Both the position numbers and the translations under genes were made by a program. The notes under the pieces were generated by a model. The model searched no databases. It was given only the letters and a program-made list of their open reading frames with translations, and was not told the DNA's origin. From Chiloscyllium plagiosum (lineage: Eukaryota), in NCBI RefSeq assembly GCF_004010195.1, contig NC_057719.1, positions 26,298,382 to 26,350,775 on the forward strand: a stretch of 52,394 nt of DNA, given 5' to 3'. Of this stretch, positions 14,212-28,773 are shown one piece after another; positions within the stretch are counted from its first letter, which is position 1, and each line of letters begins with the position of its first letter.

Positions 14212-15598
14212 TGATATAGCAAACTAGTATATACCGCCATCATGTGGTTAAGACTGACACAATGCAGTAAAATAAGAGCTGGCAAGTGAATACTGTGGAC
14301 AAAGAACTGCAGTATAAAGGTTCAGTAAAAGCTTTTTTTTGTTATAAGGATTGTGTGACTATATTGTAGTTACCCAAACTCGTTCTACAGTAATTTCATT
14401 AACTCAGTCATTTTCCATGCAATGATTGCACATGAGGAGGCCATTCAATCCATTTATGACATTTTGTTTTGCAATTAAAACTAATCACAATGACACACTT
14501 TCTCACTGAATTTTCATCTGCTTCAAATGTACCAACAAACTATTTCCTGTATGTTATATTTCAGAGGCCCAGATGGTAAAAGATAGTACTGGAGCCAATT
14601 ATTCACAAATGCAGACATTATAAACCTGCACCTATTCACCCAACAATCCATTTCAATCTGTTCCTTTTTAAAAGGCACAAGTGAATTCCCAGTTAATTCC
14701 TAACATCTAGAATATAATTAGATGCAATGAATATACAATTACCGTTGTGTCCTCAAATAACATGACCTCACTCGCATACATTCGTGTCACTTGCCTCAAG
14801 TATTGTTCCTCAAGGAACTGACTGAAATGAGTTGTTGAGTGAGTAAGTGTGTTCATCTGTGGTCTACAGTGTGTACATCTGTGAATAATTGGCTCTGGTT
14901 CTATCTTTTACCATCTGGCTTTCTGGATTTTCTGCCAATAGTATAGGTACAGTTGTGTTACATTTATATCACTGAATTAATAATCCAGAGAATAAAATTT
15001 CAAATGCAACCACTGAAGTTTAAGAAATTGAAATCAGTTGTAAAAACTCTAGAAATAAAAAGATACTGGCAGAAGTGACTAGAAACTATCAAATTATTGT
15101 AAAAATCTACAAGCTCACTAATATCAGAGAGATTAAAACAAATTATTCATATTCGAAAAAACAAATACGTACTGCAGGATAAAGCAAACAGAAAATGTGA
15201 AATTTAACTTCGCAACTGACAGAAATGTAACTCAGCAAGTCAGGAGAAAGAAACAGAATTAGTCTAGCAGACTGATAAAGGGATTTTGACCTGAAGCATG
15301 AATTGTTTCTCTCTCAACAGGTGGTGCATGCTGGTAAGTATTTCCAGCATTTTCTGTTTTCATTTCAAATTTCTATATTGTATTTTTGTACAAGAACCTC
15401 AGGATATATCTATACACAAATTGCACCAAATAATTATAAGCGTTTTGCACAAGAAACTGGGAATATCACATTCATAAGGCATCTTGATTTATTTGCAGAC
15501 ACCTCATATTAAATGCCTTTCACATTTTGAACTAAAGTTTGCCAAAAGATTTTTTTATGAATAGTATAGACATTTTAGGTTAGATTTATTCAAGATAC

Positions 15599-15799
15599 CT
15601 TATTATTTCTCCATATTCATCCCACTTCATTCTTTCCTCTGTCGCTGGAAACATGGGGTATGATTTTTTAGCCTGTTTGAAAAAGCTTCCTTTGCGACTG
15701 CTCTCACTTTTCATCATGAGATCATGTTTGGTTTTTCCAGTTAAAGGTTGGTCCATGTCTTCTTCAACATCACTCTCATCACTGGAGTCAACATCTCGC
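15599..15799 (-). CDS. CPSF2: CPSF2 coding exon 9 ([14 protein letters not shown]...KWDEYGEII)
   Basis: ORF 15586..15825; ctgtAG/GTATC boundaries; 201 nt. Confidence 0.97.
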
Positions 15800-17359
15800 C
15801 TACAGGGAAAAAAAATCAAGGACAACTATTAGTTTATTCCACACCTGAGAGAAATATTTCAATTTTATTAATTCCAGCATTTCATGTTTTACTTAAGATT
15901 TCCATTGTCTGCAACATCTCGCTTTTATAATCTATTAATTTAGTACCAAATAAATAAATGTCCTATAGTCACTGCAGGTTAAACTAACATTGAAATAACA
16001 CAGTGAATTTTGTTCACTTTGTTCAAAAGGTGAAATTTAAGTATACTTTAAACATGTAATGCTCATATTTTGTTACTTTGTTATCCTATACAGTCTGATT
16101 TTGAATCGAAGCTGCTCTTGTCTATATTTTACAATGATTAGAAAAAAAAAACCTGTATATTATACAAAGAACCATTTTGAAAGTATTTTTTGTTATACAA
16201 AAAGTAATAGCATGTAGCTGGCACCACAATGTCTTCAAAATATCACAACATCTCATAAGTGACAGCATAATTTACTGGTGTATTATCTTTGGAACTGAGG
16301 CCACTTCAAATTTTAAAATGTATAATGGACAGCTTTAGTTCCTTTGGAATCATGCAAAGATTATGGAACAGTCAGGTCTCAATAATGGAGGTGTATTTGG
16401 AGAACAATTGAAATTTCACCTGGCTAATGTGGGAACAGGAAACAACTGCAGAATTTGCCCTGAAGGTGATTAACTGAGGTCCAGGCTGCGAAAGTAATGG
16501 ATTTGATGAAGCATTTGGATGTTTCCCATTCATAGTTTATTTTTGCAACACAATGTTCAGCCAAGTATTCAAAAAATTTGACATCTATTTAGTTATACAT
16601 TCAAAGTTTGATCCTTACTTTTTGAGTCACATTCAATTAAACATTTAAGTTAATAAAGAGGAGTATGCCACATCAAAACTTTACAAAAGATTTGCAATCC
16701 AACTTTTCAAGGACAATTATGACCTATTAAAGGTCTAACATCTTGAAGTCAAAGCTGGCTATAAATTGTAGCCATATTAAATCAGAACTCTACAACATAA
16801 TTCTTTAAAGGTGATTCAAAAAAATTACAATTTCACAAAGTTAGAAATAAAAATACAATATTTTAAAGTATCATTAGAAAACAAAAGTTTTAGTTTATAG
16901 TTGCTCAGTGTTGTTTTAACTAGTAGATCTTTCTTCCTGCAATGCATTTAGTCTCACAACTGTGTAAATTCTGTGCCATCCACTTTGTCTATAGCACAAT
17001 AGACCATGGATAACAGTAATGTGGCCTTCGTCCAAGAATAAGAGCTGCAAAACCAGACTGCAATCTTCCTTAATTCTCTGAGATTTGTTAAAAGGTGAAA
17101 AATGCTAAACCGCTAACTGAGGCACAAAAGCAATGACAGGGTATAGTTTGCATGTTTTGCGCATTAATTTTAGATGTGTTTATTCTTTTGGATTAATGTA
17201 AGGCCAAAGGTCCATACAATTATGAAATTTTCACTGACTGCTGAAAGATCACCAACATATTGTCTACAAAATGTTCCATATTATATCTTCAGAAAGCAAT
17301 CATAATAAAAAAGCAATCCCAACCATTGCTTTGTCAGTTTTAACAACTCAAATACTCAC

Positions 17360-17460
17360 TCCTTCTCTTGTTCCTGCTTTTTAGCTGCCTCTTTCTTGAG
17401 CTTTTCTTTCTCTAGATACTCTTCCAACTCTTTCCCTTCTAATTTTACACGACGTCTAAT
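17360..17460 (-). CDS. CPSF2: CPSF2 coding exon 8 ([33 protein letters not shown])
   Basis: Manual translation; AG/GTGAG boundaries; 101 nt. Confidence 0.96.
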
Positions 17461-18309
17461 CTATTGGTGAAAAATTTCAAAACATCAGTGAAAGCTGACC
17501 CACAAATTATTACATACTTCAAGAGTTAAATATTTTTGAAATCAGATGCTCAAACATACAGTTGATCAAGTCACAGTGGAACCCAATGAAAATAAATTAA
17601 AAGATGGTCTCTTGAGGACCAACCTTAAAATTCAGTTTGTTCCTACATAACCAATTTTCTCTCTTACAATCAATGTGAGTCGCATTTAATTCTTAAAAAA
17701 TATATATACAAGAGTACATTGTTTGAAGCTCCATTATTACAGTATTCAAATTACATATTTAATGTGTTTTTATTCAGTTAAAATAATTAAGATGCTACAC
17801 GAAACATTAACTATAACTAAGCATTTAAAAATATACAATGGATAACAGTGCAGCTAATACAGAATGACTATTAAGATATTTGGAAAATTCTACCTCTGGC
17901 CAGTACAAAGCACTGATTTTCCAGGATACTGAATGACTGAACAGTGGAATGTAGGTTTTGGCAACAATTCACCAGACAGTGAGCTCACATCATTAGGTGG
18001 ACATAGCACAAGAAATGTATTTTCCCTTAGGCAGAAAGCATGACACCCCATTTACTGCCATGTAGCTACCAAACTATCATTGGTGAAAATCTGGGAACCA
18101 ATTGCCTTTCAAACAAAGGCGCAGGCCCATGGAAACCCAGGAAGTCATTCATTCCAGTTCATTTGTCAATTTTTGAAGATAAATTTCATTATTGGATTTA
18201 AATTACTTCATTCATTTCCATTTTGATTCTATTACACTCAAGATTTTTTCATCCGTACTTCATTAATACCTCCAATATGAAGCCTTTGTTTTTGCAGTTG
18301 CATTCTTAC

Positions 18310-18600
18310 CTCGATATCCATTTTTTTGGTGTTAGGATTATCTATCAAGTACCGTGCCAGTGTTCCAGGTGTCGTTCTGTAAGTGAGAATTACAGAATTT
18401 TTTGGATCTTGGCACCATTGTATGAAAAGATCACGTGAAAACCCACATTCCATGTCCGACTGACTGGCTAATACAACCTTTGGACTGGGTACTCGGGCCA
18501 GGTCTGATAGGCTGTGGCACAAAGAAAGGTGACGAAACTGAAAGGGATTGTTTCGCTTGTCTTCAAAACATCTCATTAACTTGTCGCTCATCCATTCTAC
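18310..18600 (-). CDS. CPSF2: CPSF2 coding exon 7 ([22 protein letters not shown]...KKMDIE)
   Basis: ORF 18238..18591; ttttAG/GTAAG boundaries; 291 nt. Confidence 0.97.
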
Positions 18601-19184
18601 CTAAAATTGAAGAAATATAATTCAGTATTTTATTACTGCCCTAATACTACATCAATAAACTTAATTGGAGGAAAATGTTGCTATCAGCAGAACTTAAGTA
18701 AAACAGATTCACTATTTTAACAATAGAATGATTGTAAAGTGTTGCACACAAGGATTCACACAAGACTTTCGTTTTATCAAAAGAACATTCTAAAATTATT
18801 TTTAGCAGCAGTCAAAAAAGTTTGAAAAATGATTTCCAGTTAAGGTTACTGATCAGAATCAGATCTTTGTAACTAAACCAACTGACCACTACACACAAGT
18901 GTTACAAAGAGAATTATTACACATGAAAAGAAAGCCACTGTTATTGTGGGAACATTCAAAAAGTGGAAGTCAAATCTGCTTATAAGTAAATGCTGTTATA
19001 CAGAAACTTCCTCCTCCAGCTAGTTGTTTAATTGTCACCACCATTCACGACTGGAGGCAACTGGACTGCAAAGATTAGATTGATCTATTGATTGTGAGAT
19101 TACTTTGCTCTATCTTTGTTGGAGTGGGGATTATGTCAGGTCATAAGGTTAGAGATTGTGATTGAATATAATTCTGCTGATGAT

Positions 19185-22100
19185 CCTTTCTGTGGATTTA
19201 AACCTTGCTGTGATGGGGAGGCTCGAGTCTTCCGTTGATCCCAACAGCAATACCATCAGGATTTCTCAGGTCCTTCTAGGGCCGTCCATGATGGTAAGGT
19301 CAGAGGGGAAGAAGAAGAAAAAGTCCAATCCAAGACCTCAATGTTCCTCAATGACAATTCAGGCAGAAGATACTTGTGTAATATCAGTGGCTGAAACAGC
19401 GGATGAAAGTTGCAGTAGTCGGGAGATCACCAGTCTTCGAGGTTTCGTTACCACTGGAACTGGATCAACCTTCCGTCAAGGACCATGTCTGTTAAAATCC
19501 AATAGCATTCCCACATGAAAAGATGTCCTACACGAGGTGTCTACCTAGAGGAATTCAATCCCACCACGCACACAACATAAGCCCTGCAGCGTTCGACAAG
19601 AGGTGACAGGGATAGGATTGAGAGATGTGGAAGTGTCTAGCTTCAGACCAGCATGTTGGCAATGGAGTTGACTCAGTTGTTTTGCTCTTAGAATAGGAAC
19701 AGGAGCGGACTTTGGCAGCTTTCTTCATGACTGAGCAGCCCTCTTCAGGATCCACTTTGCTCACCTGACATGGGCAAAGAATCTAGAAAAGTAGTCTGTC
19801 ACCAACACGGCTAGAAAACCATATATAGTGGTGGTTACATCTTCTTCTGGAGAGGAAAAATCCGAGGGTCAACGCAGAACACATGGAATAGGATTGCTAT
19901 CAAGAACAAACTCATAAACATTGGGAAGGAACCATCAGAAAGGAAGGACTTAAGAATTGTAACTCCAACAGGATTCTCCTGCTTACCTAATGTATGGGAC
20001 ACATCACCAACACACTGTTCCACCAAAATGACAAGTTTGACACTTCTTGGGGGCACCCATGATCAAAGGACTGTTCAATCCCAAGACCTAAAGGACGTCC
20101 TCAATCAAAGCAATGACCAGTGCAGATAACTGCAGGGCAGGCACTGGCTCATCCACTCCTCCAAGTCCAACAAATGCCAACAGACTAAGCTAAAGACAAA
20201 GAAACAGTTCAGAGAAAGGTCAACACTGAGCAGCTTCAAGTGGCAAGCATACTAGCGAACATCCAACAATGTCATCACCAGAAACTCCACAGAGTTAATT
20301 TTAATGGACTGAGGAAATCTGCAAAGAGCTGAAGACCGCCAATATCTTATGCTTTGAAGAAACCAATGGCTACCAGACCAGGAAACACCAACACTGGTTT
20401 AATGAGAATGATCACATCATCCAAGACCTCATTGTTAATAAGAGGGAAGTTCTCCATGACCGGCAAAACAACATCATTAATGAGGCAAAGTGGAGAACTC
20501 ATCAAACAACAAAGGCAGTCACAAAGAAGAATTGGGGAAATCAAAAACCATGGTGAAGTGAGAAAGCTAAGGAGCTGCAACTCCTTGCTGATAAGCATGA
20601 CAGCCAAGATATCTTCACTGCTACCAAGGCACTATACAGACTCAATACCTTGGCCTTAAACCAATGCGGAGCAAGTATGGCACCCTTTTCAGAAACAGAG
20701 TAAACATTAGCCCCTGATGGACAGAACACTTCAAAGAACTCTGAAGTCATGATACAATCATCAATGAGGATGCGTTTGAGGAAATCCCCAAAATCTTCAT
20801 CAAAGGTGATCTTGGACTTCCACCTAGTGTGCAAGAAATTGAAACCTCCATTAGACACATGAAGAATGGAAAAACTGCAGGAGTAGATGGGATTCCAGCA
20901 GAGATTTTCCAACTTGGAGGGGCACAGCTCACTTGTCATCTTCATCAACTGTTCCTGAAAATCTTGGACAAAGAAGAAATCTCTGCTAATCTCAGAGATG
21001 CTGCCATCTCATTGTCTTCAAGGAAGGGGACAAGTGGACTGTGGGAACTACCAAGGAGTGTCACTACCCTCCATGGCCAAGGTGATCATTGCCTGAAACA
21101 TTGTTAGGCGCCTTCTCTCAGTCTTGGAAGAAATCTTTCTTGAAAGCTGAGCCTTTTGAAAGACTTCCGACTAAACAATGTAAATATATTACTTGATTTT
21201 CACTGCTCGATAACTCAAGAGAAATGCCAGAATCAACACTAACCACATACATGACTTTCATCTACGTAACCAAGACTTAGTCAATCAAGAAATGCTGATT
21301 GTGTTAAAGGCCAGCTTCCAAGTGAAATTCACCAATGTCCTCCTCCACCTCTACAACAAGATGACAGCGATGGTATGATGATATGACAGTATCTTTTGAA
21401 GTCAAGAAAGGAGTTAAGCATGAATGTGTCATCATCTTTTGCCTTTTCTGCACCTTCATCGACACCATTCTTCATCTTGTTAAGAACAAGCTTCCCAGTT
21501 TGTGGCCATGTTCACAGGATGGACAGACTACTATTCAACCTTAACCATTGAAATCAAAGGAGGATGAGACACCGATCTCACTTGTGGACCTTCACTATGC
21601 AAATGACAATATCATCTCTACTCTCTCAGAAAAGAAGCTTCAAGGCTCACTAAATGGTTTCACAGAAGCATTCCAAAGAATTGGTCGCCGCCTCAACCTC
21701 AATTTCAAGAAGACTCAAATCGTTTATCAACTTGTCCCACATATAATTCTGGTCCATCTCCCAATTAAGATCAAAAGTGAAACCGTCCAAAATGGGAGCA
21801 TTTCCCCTACCTGGAAAACTACCTGTTACCTAAGGCTGACATTGCTGCAGAGGTTCAATATCGCATCCAATCTGCAAGCATCATTTTCTGACACCTAAGG
21901 AGAGTCTTCGGTGACCCTGACATCCATGCTGATACCAAGATCCAAGGGTATAAGGCAGCCAGTCTTCTGACTCTTCAATATGGCTCCCAAACCTGAACTC
22001 CCATGCATTGACAGCTTTGTTTGAGGCAAGCCTTCAGGGTAGGCTTTCCTTTGACTGTCTCTCATTCAAGTGCCTTCATTGAACTGAGCAAAGCAATTTG

Positions 22101-22952
22101 CTTTAGCAGTTGGACATCTTAAGCATGTAGCCGATTCAGCAGAGCTGGTTTCAGATGATCTTGGACTACAAATAGATGCCTTCTTGAGACCTAGGAGAAA
22201 TGAGGACTGCAGATGCTGAAGATCAGAGTCAAGCGTGCGGTTCTGGAAAAGCACAGCAAGTCAGGCAGCATCCGAGGAGCAGGAAAATCGATGTTTCGAG
22301 CAAAAGCCCTTCATCGAGAAACCTGATGAAAGGCTTTTGCCTGAAAAGTCGACTCTCCTGCTCCTCAGATGCTGCTGGACCTGCTGTGCTTTTCCAGCGC
22401 CTCCTTGAGAAGTACTATCAAAGTTGTTGAGATGTATTCTGTGCATCAACTGAAGCAGCTAGCAGCACCAAGATCGAGGCTATGATCATCCAAAACCAAC
22501 TCTGCTGAGTTGACTACATGCTTAGGACGTCCACTAAAGCAAATCGTTTTCACTCAGTTCAAGGCAGGCACTTGAATGAGAGGACAACAAAGGAAGGACA
22601 TCTCTGAAAGCTTCCCTCAAAAAATGTAACAAAGCTGTCAAAACATCGGAAACACTAGCTCATTAGAAACCAGTTTGAATGAACTGCCTGTTTGAAGGAA
22701 CCCACTTCTTTGAGAACATCCGGCAGCATGAGGAAATACAGAAAAGGAACTTCAGAAAGGAATACCAATGATCTCAAGGCTAAGGACCAATTCCATCTTC
22801 CAGAAACATCTGCCAAATCTGCAGTTGGAAATCCGGCTCTGGGATCACGTTCATCAGCCACAGAAGGACCCACAGAACCAGGACAGTGACTCCGAATTTT
22901 TTAGGTGGAGAATGATATTCATTTACGAGAGACTGTAGATGACAATGGTATG
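19185..22952 (+). mobile_element. Decayed near-full-length RTE-clade LINE (5'UTR, AP endonuclease, RT, C-terminal tail) inserted into an older minus-strand CR1-like element
   Basis: Frame fragments GYIFFWRGK (~19832), IAIKNKL (~19893), MKNGKTAGVDGIPAEIF (ORF 20829..21107), DLHYAND (YADD-like, ORF 21548..21898) and FISHRRTH (~22850). 9 bp TSD gct(g/a)atgat at 19176-19184 and 22953-22961. Confidence 0.85.
22190..22398. mobile_element. Penelope-derived family A palindrome nested in the RTE
   Basis: TSD gcct(t/c)cttgaga at 22178-22189 and 22399-22410; inverted arms; decayed CTGATGA...GAAA cores. Confidence 0.8.
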
Positions 22953-22961
22953 GCTAATGAT

Positions 22962-24080
22962 GGCCCACAGCACCTCACAGTGTTGATCGAGTGGGGGATA
23001 TGTTGGGTCATAAGGTTGCACATTATGTTTCGGCTCAGTTCTGCTAATGGCCCACAAGTCTCATGGATGTCCAGTTTTGAGTTGCTAGATTGGTTCAAAA
23101 TCTATTCCATTTAGCACAGTAGTAGTGCCATGTAGTATGATGGAAGGTATGCTTAATGTGAATATGGGAGTTCCATCTTCCTAACGACTGTGCATTGTCA
23201 CTCCTACCAATAATGCCATGGACACATCTGCAGCAAATGGACTGGTGATGAATGAGGTCAAGTATGTTTTTCCCTCTAGTCAGTTTCTTCACTACTAGTC
23301 ATTATTGGACACACTCCAGCAACTATATACTTTAGGATTTGTCCAGATCAGTCAGACGTGGTGCTGCCAAGCCACTTATGTTGATGGACATTGAAGTTCC
23401 TCACTCAGAGTACATTTTGCACACGTGCCACCTTCAGTGTTATGTGTAACATGGAAATGTAATGATTCATCAACCGAAGGGGTGCAGTACATGGCAACAG
23501 GTCGATCCTTTCCCATGTTTGATCTGATGTCATGGGGTCCAGATTCAATGTTGAGAATTGCTAAGGCAACAATCTCCTGACTGTACACCCCTGTGTCACT
23601 ATCTTTGCTTTGCCACCAAGCAGACAAACCTAAGGATTGTGATAGTGGGTCTGTGACATCACATGTAAGGTACAATTCCATGACTGTGACTATGTCAGAC
23701 TATTCCCTGACTAGTTTGTGAGCGAGTTCTCCCAAATGTGACACTAGCTTCCAGATGCTGATATGGAGGATTTTGAAGGGCCAGCAGGCTGAGTGTGCCA
23801 CTGTCGTTTCTAGTACTTAGGTCAATGCCAGATCATCCACCCAATTTCATTCCTTTAAGATGTTTTATTCGTTTTGATACAATAGACTAGACCAGTTCAG
23901 AAGCAGTTAACAGACAACCACATTGCTCGGGAGTCATATGTAGGCCACACCAAGTAAAGGTGGCAGTCATGAGGGAACCAGGCGAGTTTTTACAGTAATG
24001 GACAATGGTTTCATGATTATTATTAACATTTTGATTCTGGATTATTTAATTGAATTCATATTACAACATCTGCCAAGGTT
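22962..24080 (-). mobile_element. Old CR1-like LINE fragment (endonuclease region); continues at ~19010-19184 on the other side of the RTE
   Basis: ORF 23095..23292 TRGKNILDLI matches the endonuclease motif TRGxNxLDL, and the sequence resumes across the RTE TSD. Confidence 0.6.
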
Positions 24081-24542
24081 GGATACAAACTGTACCCTCG
24101 ATCTTTACTTAAGTTTCCATATTACTCGTCCAATAACAATAACACCATGCCATCACCTTCCCTTTTACCTATATATCCAAAAGCAATTCTAATGAAAGGT
24201 GGAAGCCAAGAAATTATTTGTTTCTGTAAAATATTGCTTTTCGGTAATGGGCAGAAATGGAACATCTATAGCAATTTGTTCTTCAGATTTGACACCAATC
24301 AAATAATGCCATTCACTTAGGAAGTGCTGACATGTAAATTCTCCAACTGTTATTTCAAGTTGAACAGCTGAACACTAAATATCCTAACCTAAATTATTAG
24401 TTTTCATAAGGTTAGTGGCAGATATGCCTTATTTTACATAAAACCTTTCCAATGATTTTGCATATTACCCTTGCTAAAAATATGACAACCTTTATATTTC
24501 AGTCCAATATTTTTTAAGAGTGAAGACAGAAACTGAGCTTTA

Positions 24543-24920
<378 letters not shown>

Positions 24921-25790
24921 TTAAAAGGTCACACTTATTGCATGTCTAATTTAGAAAAACCCAAATATACTCAGATATGCTTCATGTACTCATTGCTGAA
25001 CTCTCATGTGTATAAGGAACCCTGTTTCCATATTTGCTCTTATGGGACAAAAGAGAACACTCTGCTTGTTACTCTTTGTTTCAAGTTCTCTTGAATATCC
25101 CCTGGTTTTGCTCTCATCTGCCCCTGCTTCTCTGACAACATACACTTGAAAGATAAAAAAAACTGCATTTTCAAAAATATCTCAAGATTATTGATGGCAC
25201 GCTACAACATCAAACGGGAAAGAAGAAATCAGCACATCATAATTTTGCTGGAATAGGAAACACCAACATAAGGAGGGATACTGGTGTGAAATAAAGTTCA
25301 ACAGGGCAGAAATGGAAGATTGAAGCAAACAAGATAACACAGCAAGTGCTCACAAAATAATGGCCTAGGTATTCCATGCTTAATAGTGGCAAACACTGGG
25401 TCACATTCAAATCTGAAGTTCCAAGGAGCCAAGTTACATGGAACCACTGGTGGTTCCACCAAGACTTGTCAACGTGTAAGTTTGAACAGTTTGCCCCAAA
25501 CTTAGCCACATTTTTACACTGATTTACTTACTGGTACTTCTAATACCTTCCAGTTTACCATCAATTCCCGATCCCCTATTGGCATTCCCAACTCATACTG
25601 TCCTCATAATATCCTCACATGATGTGAATGCTCGAATATTTCAGAAATGAAAACATGATACAATCCCTTATATCTCTCTGAACCTATGTCTAAAAGCACA
25701 AAAGATTTAAGCTGTGCTCCAATGTAACAATAGTACTGGTCTGTGTTTGGTGTAAGATGTTCTAAATCTATACCATCAATTGTTGAGCTA

Positions 25791-25931
<141 letters not shown>

Positions 25932-26542
25932 TTAGCTTGTAAACAGTACCATCAACAATTACTTTTGAAACTGGATTCACCAAGGGCCGAAGCATATATA
26001 TGAGTGTGACATTTTTAGCAATGTGCCTGCAAAGTTCAAATATTTCAGATATTGATCTGGAAACTAGAACCAGTCATATCATGAAGATCTGTCTTGACTG
26101 AAACAGCATAACATGTGTATCAGCATTTGCATGCGCAAGTCATGTGGAGTGAAAAAATCAGTTCAAAAGGATAAAGAAATAATTCTAGTACTTGATAATT
26201 TTTCACAAATATATTTTAAGGCTAATTTTGTTTCCTAGACTGCACATCAGTTAATACTGCATCTTCCTTCCAAGCAATTGAGGATTTTTTCCACGTAAAC
26301 TCTAACCTTATTTCTACTATGCAAAAGATAAATGGCATATATGACAAATTTGGGAGGGGGGGGTTATAGAAAAGAGACAGAGTAATCAGATAATAACACA
26401 CAGACACTTTATTATCAAAGCACACTGTTCCTCGTGAGCTGAGCCTCAGTTTTCTTGAAAGCTTTTGAAGATCTTACCACCCATTCTTTTTGCAATAATT
26501 AAATGTTGCATGCTGCTGAGCTGAAATTAGCAATGTTACTCA

Positions 26543-27010
<468 letters not shown>

Positions 27011-27569
27011 TCACAGGAGTACTATAGAACTGGCTTTCCTGCTTCTCTTAGCTCCAGGTCAAAGTAAGAGAATTAAAACATTAAATTTTTTGGTGTTATC
27101 TCCAGTAGTTTCCTTATGGACTACAGAATACTCTGCTTTCTTCAATGCATTCAAAGTTGTTTAAGAGCTGGTGAAATTAATTTAGATATTCAAAAGTCCT
27201 CATGCCCACTTTGGATGCACGTCAGATGTCTGGGAAACTTTCTTATACCAGCATGCCCCAAGCACAAATCAGGTAAGGAATACTACTCTCACCATTCATA
27301 TTTTGTGCCTGAGTTGAACACTTCAGTCCTATTGACTAATCTGAAATCATGTTTAGATTATTTTTCAGTTATATTTTGCCTTCAATGGAATGGAAAGAGG
27401 GCAAAAGAAGGAGTTTTTAATGTTCTGCATAATGCCCCAGCCAAGAAGTCAATCAGTGCCATGTCTATGACAATACTGCAATGTAATTCAAAAAATCAAC
27501 TGACTCTGTGGAGAAGTACTCTTGAGTAAATTTTGACTTTACCTCTTGCCCTTTGGTGTTAACTATAGC

Positions 27570-27950
27570 TACGAGTTGCACTCTTGTCTCTGATCAGGAG
27601 GTTGTGGATTCAAGTCCAACTCCAGAATTTTGAGCACAAAATCCAGACTGTCACTTCAAGTGCAGTACTCATCTTGCAAAGCACAGAGGTGCCATCTTGT
27701 GTACATGACATTAAAATTAGCATGGCTGTTCCCTCAGGCAGATGCAAAAGTTCCGTTGTCAGAATTTGATGAAGAATTCTGTCTGCAGTCTTTGTCAATC
27801 CGCAATTTTTAGATAAAGTATCTGGTGATTATCATGTCGATGTTTACGGGACCTTGCTGTATGCAATCTGCCACATTTCCTACCATATAACAATGACTAT
27901 TTCTCAAATTTAGATAATAGGATGCAAAGTACTCTGAAACATTCTGAGAT
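27570..27950 (+). mobile_element. Old tRNA-derived SINE, probably DeuSINE/SacSINE1-like
   Basis: B-box-like GGATTCAAGTCC head followed by a body resembling Deu-domain SINEs; recognised by eye only. Confidence 0.45.
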
Positions 27951-28201
27951 CATAAATAAAATTGCATTTGTATAGGTTTTTTAAGATCTCAGGCGAAACA
28001 GATGGACAGACCTCCATCAATCCAGCTGAGGCTGAAACTCATGTATGCCCAGGATATGGAGGCATGAACTCCTTGGCCATCCATTTGTTCCAACACACGG
28101 GCGTCAACCCAAACCACCAACGTAAAATGTTGATTATTTAGAGAATAACATTAATCAATATGACTTCTGGATTTCTAACCATGGATTGTTTTTGGACATA
28201 C

Positions 28202-28307
28202 CTTTTAAGTTAACAATCTGGGAATATTTCAGTTGCTGAATCTTATCAAATGCTGCATCTACATCATCCAAAGTAAACAGGGAGAACTCTTCAGTGTTGT
28301 GTCGAGA
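28202..28307 (-). CDS. CPSF2: CPSF2 coding exon 3 ([35 protein letters not shown])
   Basis: Manual translation; AG/GTATG boundaries; 106 nt. Confidence 0.96.
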
Positions 28308-28409
28308 CTTGTAAGAAAAAAGAATTAATTGATTTGCAATTTTCCAGGTGCAAATTATGAGCCTAATACTTTAACAATGAAAATGAACTAAAATAAACAT
28401 ATTTTGTTA

Positions 28410-28773
28410 GGTTTGGGAGAAGATTTGTAGCTCGGGTGCTCGTTGTTGTGGTTCTGTTTGCCGAGCTGGGAATTTATGTTGCAAACATTTCGTCCCATGT
28501 CTAGGTGACATCCTCAGTGCTTGGGAGCCTCCTGTGAACAGCCAGGGAATTCCTAGAGGCATGGCACTCATCCACTGATTCAATCAACAAGCACATCGAC
28601 CTGGACCCAATATACCGGCCACTGCAGTGGACAGCTGGAACTGACAACCGGAAGCGGCAGATACAAATCACTATAAATGCCGGAGGAAACATCACAGAAG
28701 CGCTTCACTGGAGGCTCCCAAGCACTGAGGAGGTCACCTAGACAGGGGACGAAACGTCTGCAACACAAATTCC
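28410..28773 (+). mobile_element. Penelope-like element 3' fragment (family C) with inverted pseudo-LTR, GIY-YIG C-terminal coding remnant and hammerhead motifs
   Basis: From 28541 it reads AREFLEAWHSSTDSINKHIDLDPIYRPL, typical of the Penelope endonuclease C-terminus. ~70 bp inverted arms and a perfect 12 bp TSD catattttgtta (28398-28409 and 28774-28785). Confidence 0.88.
28722..28761 (+). ncRNA. Minimal type I hammerhead ribozyme motif; predicted cleavage after GUC at 28758
   Basis: GCA-CUGAGGA-G-GUCACCU-AGAC-AGGGGAC-GAAAC-GUC-UGC: stem I GCA/UGC, complete core, stem II, and palindromic loopless stem III (ACGU). Confidence 0.85.
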
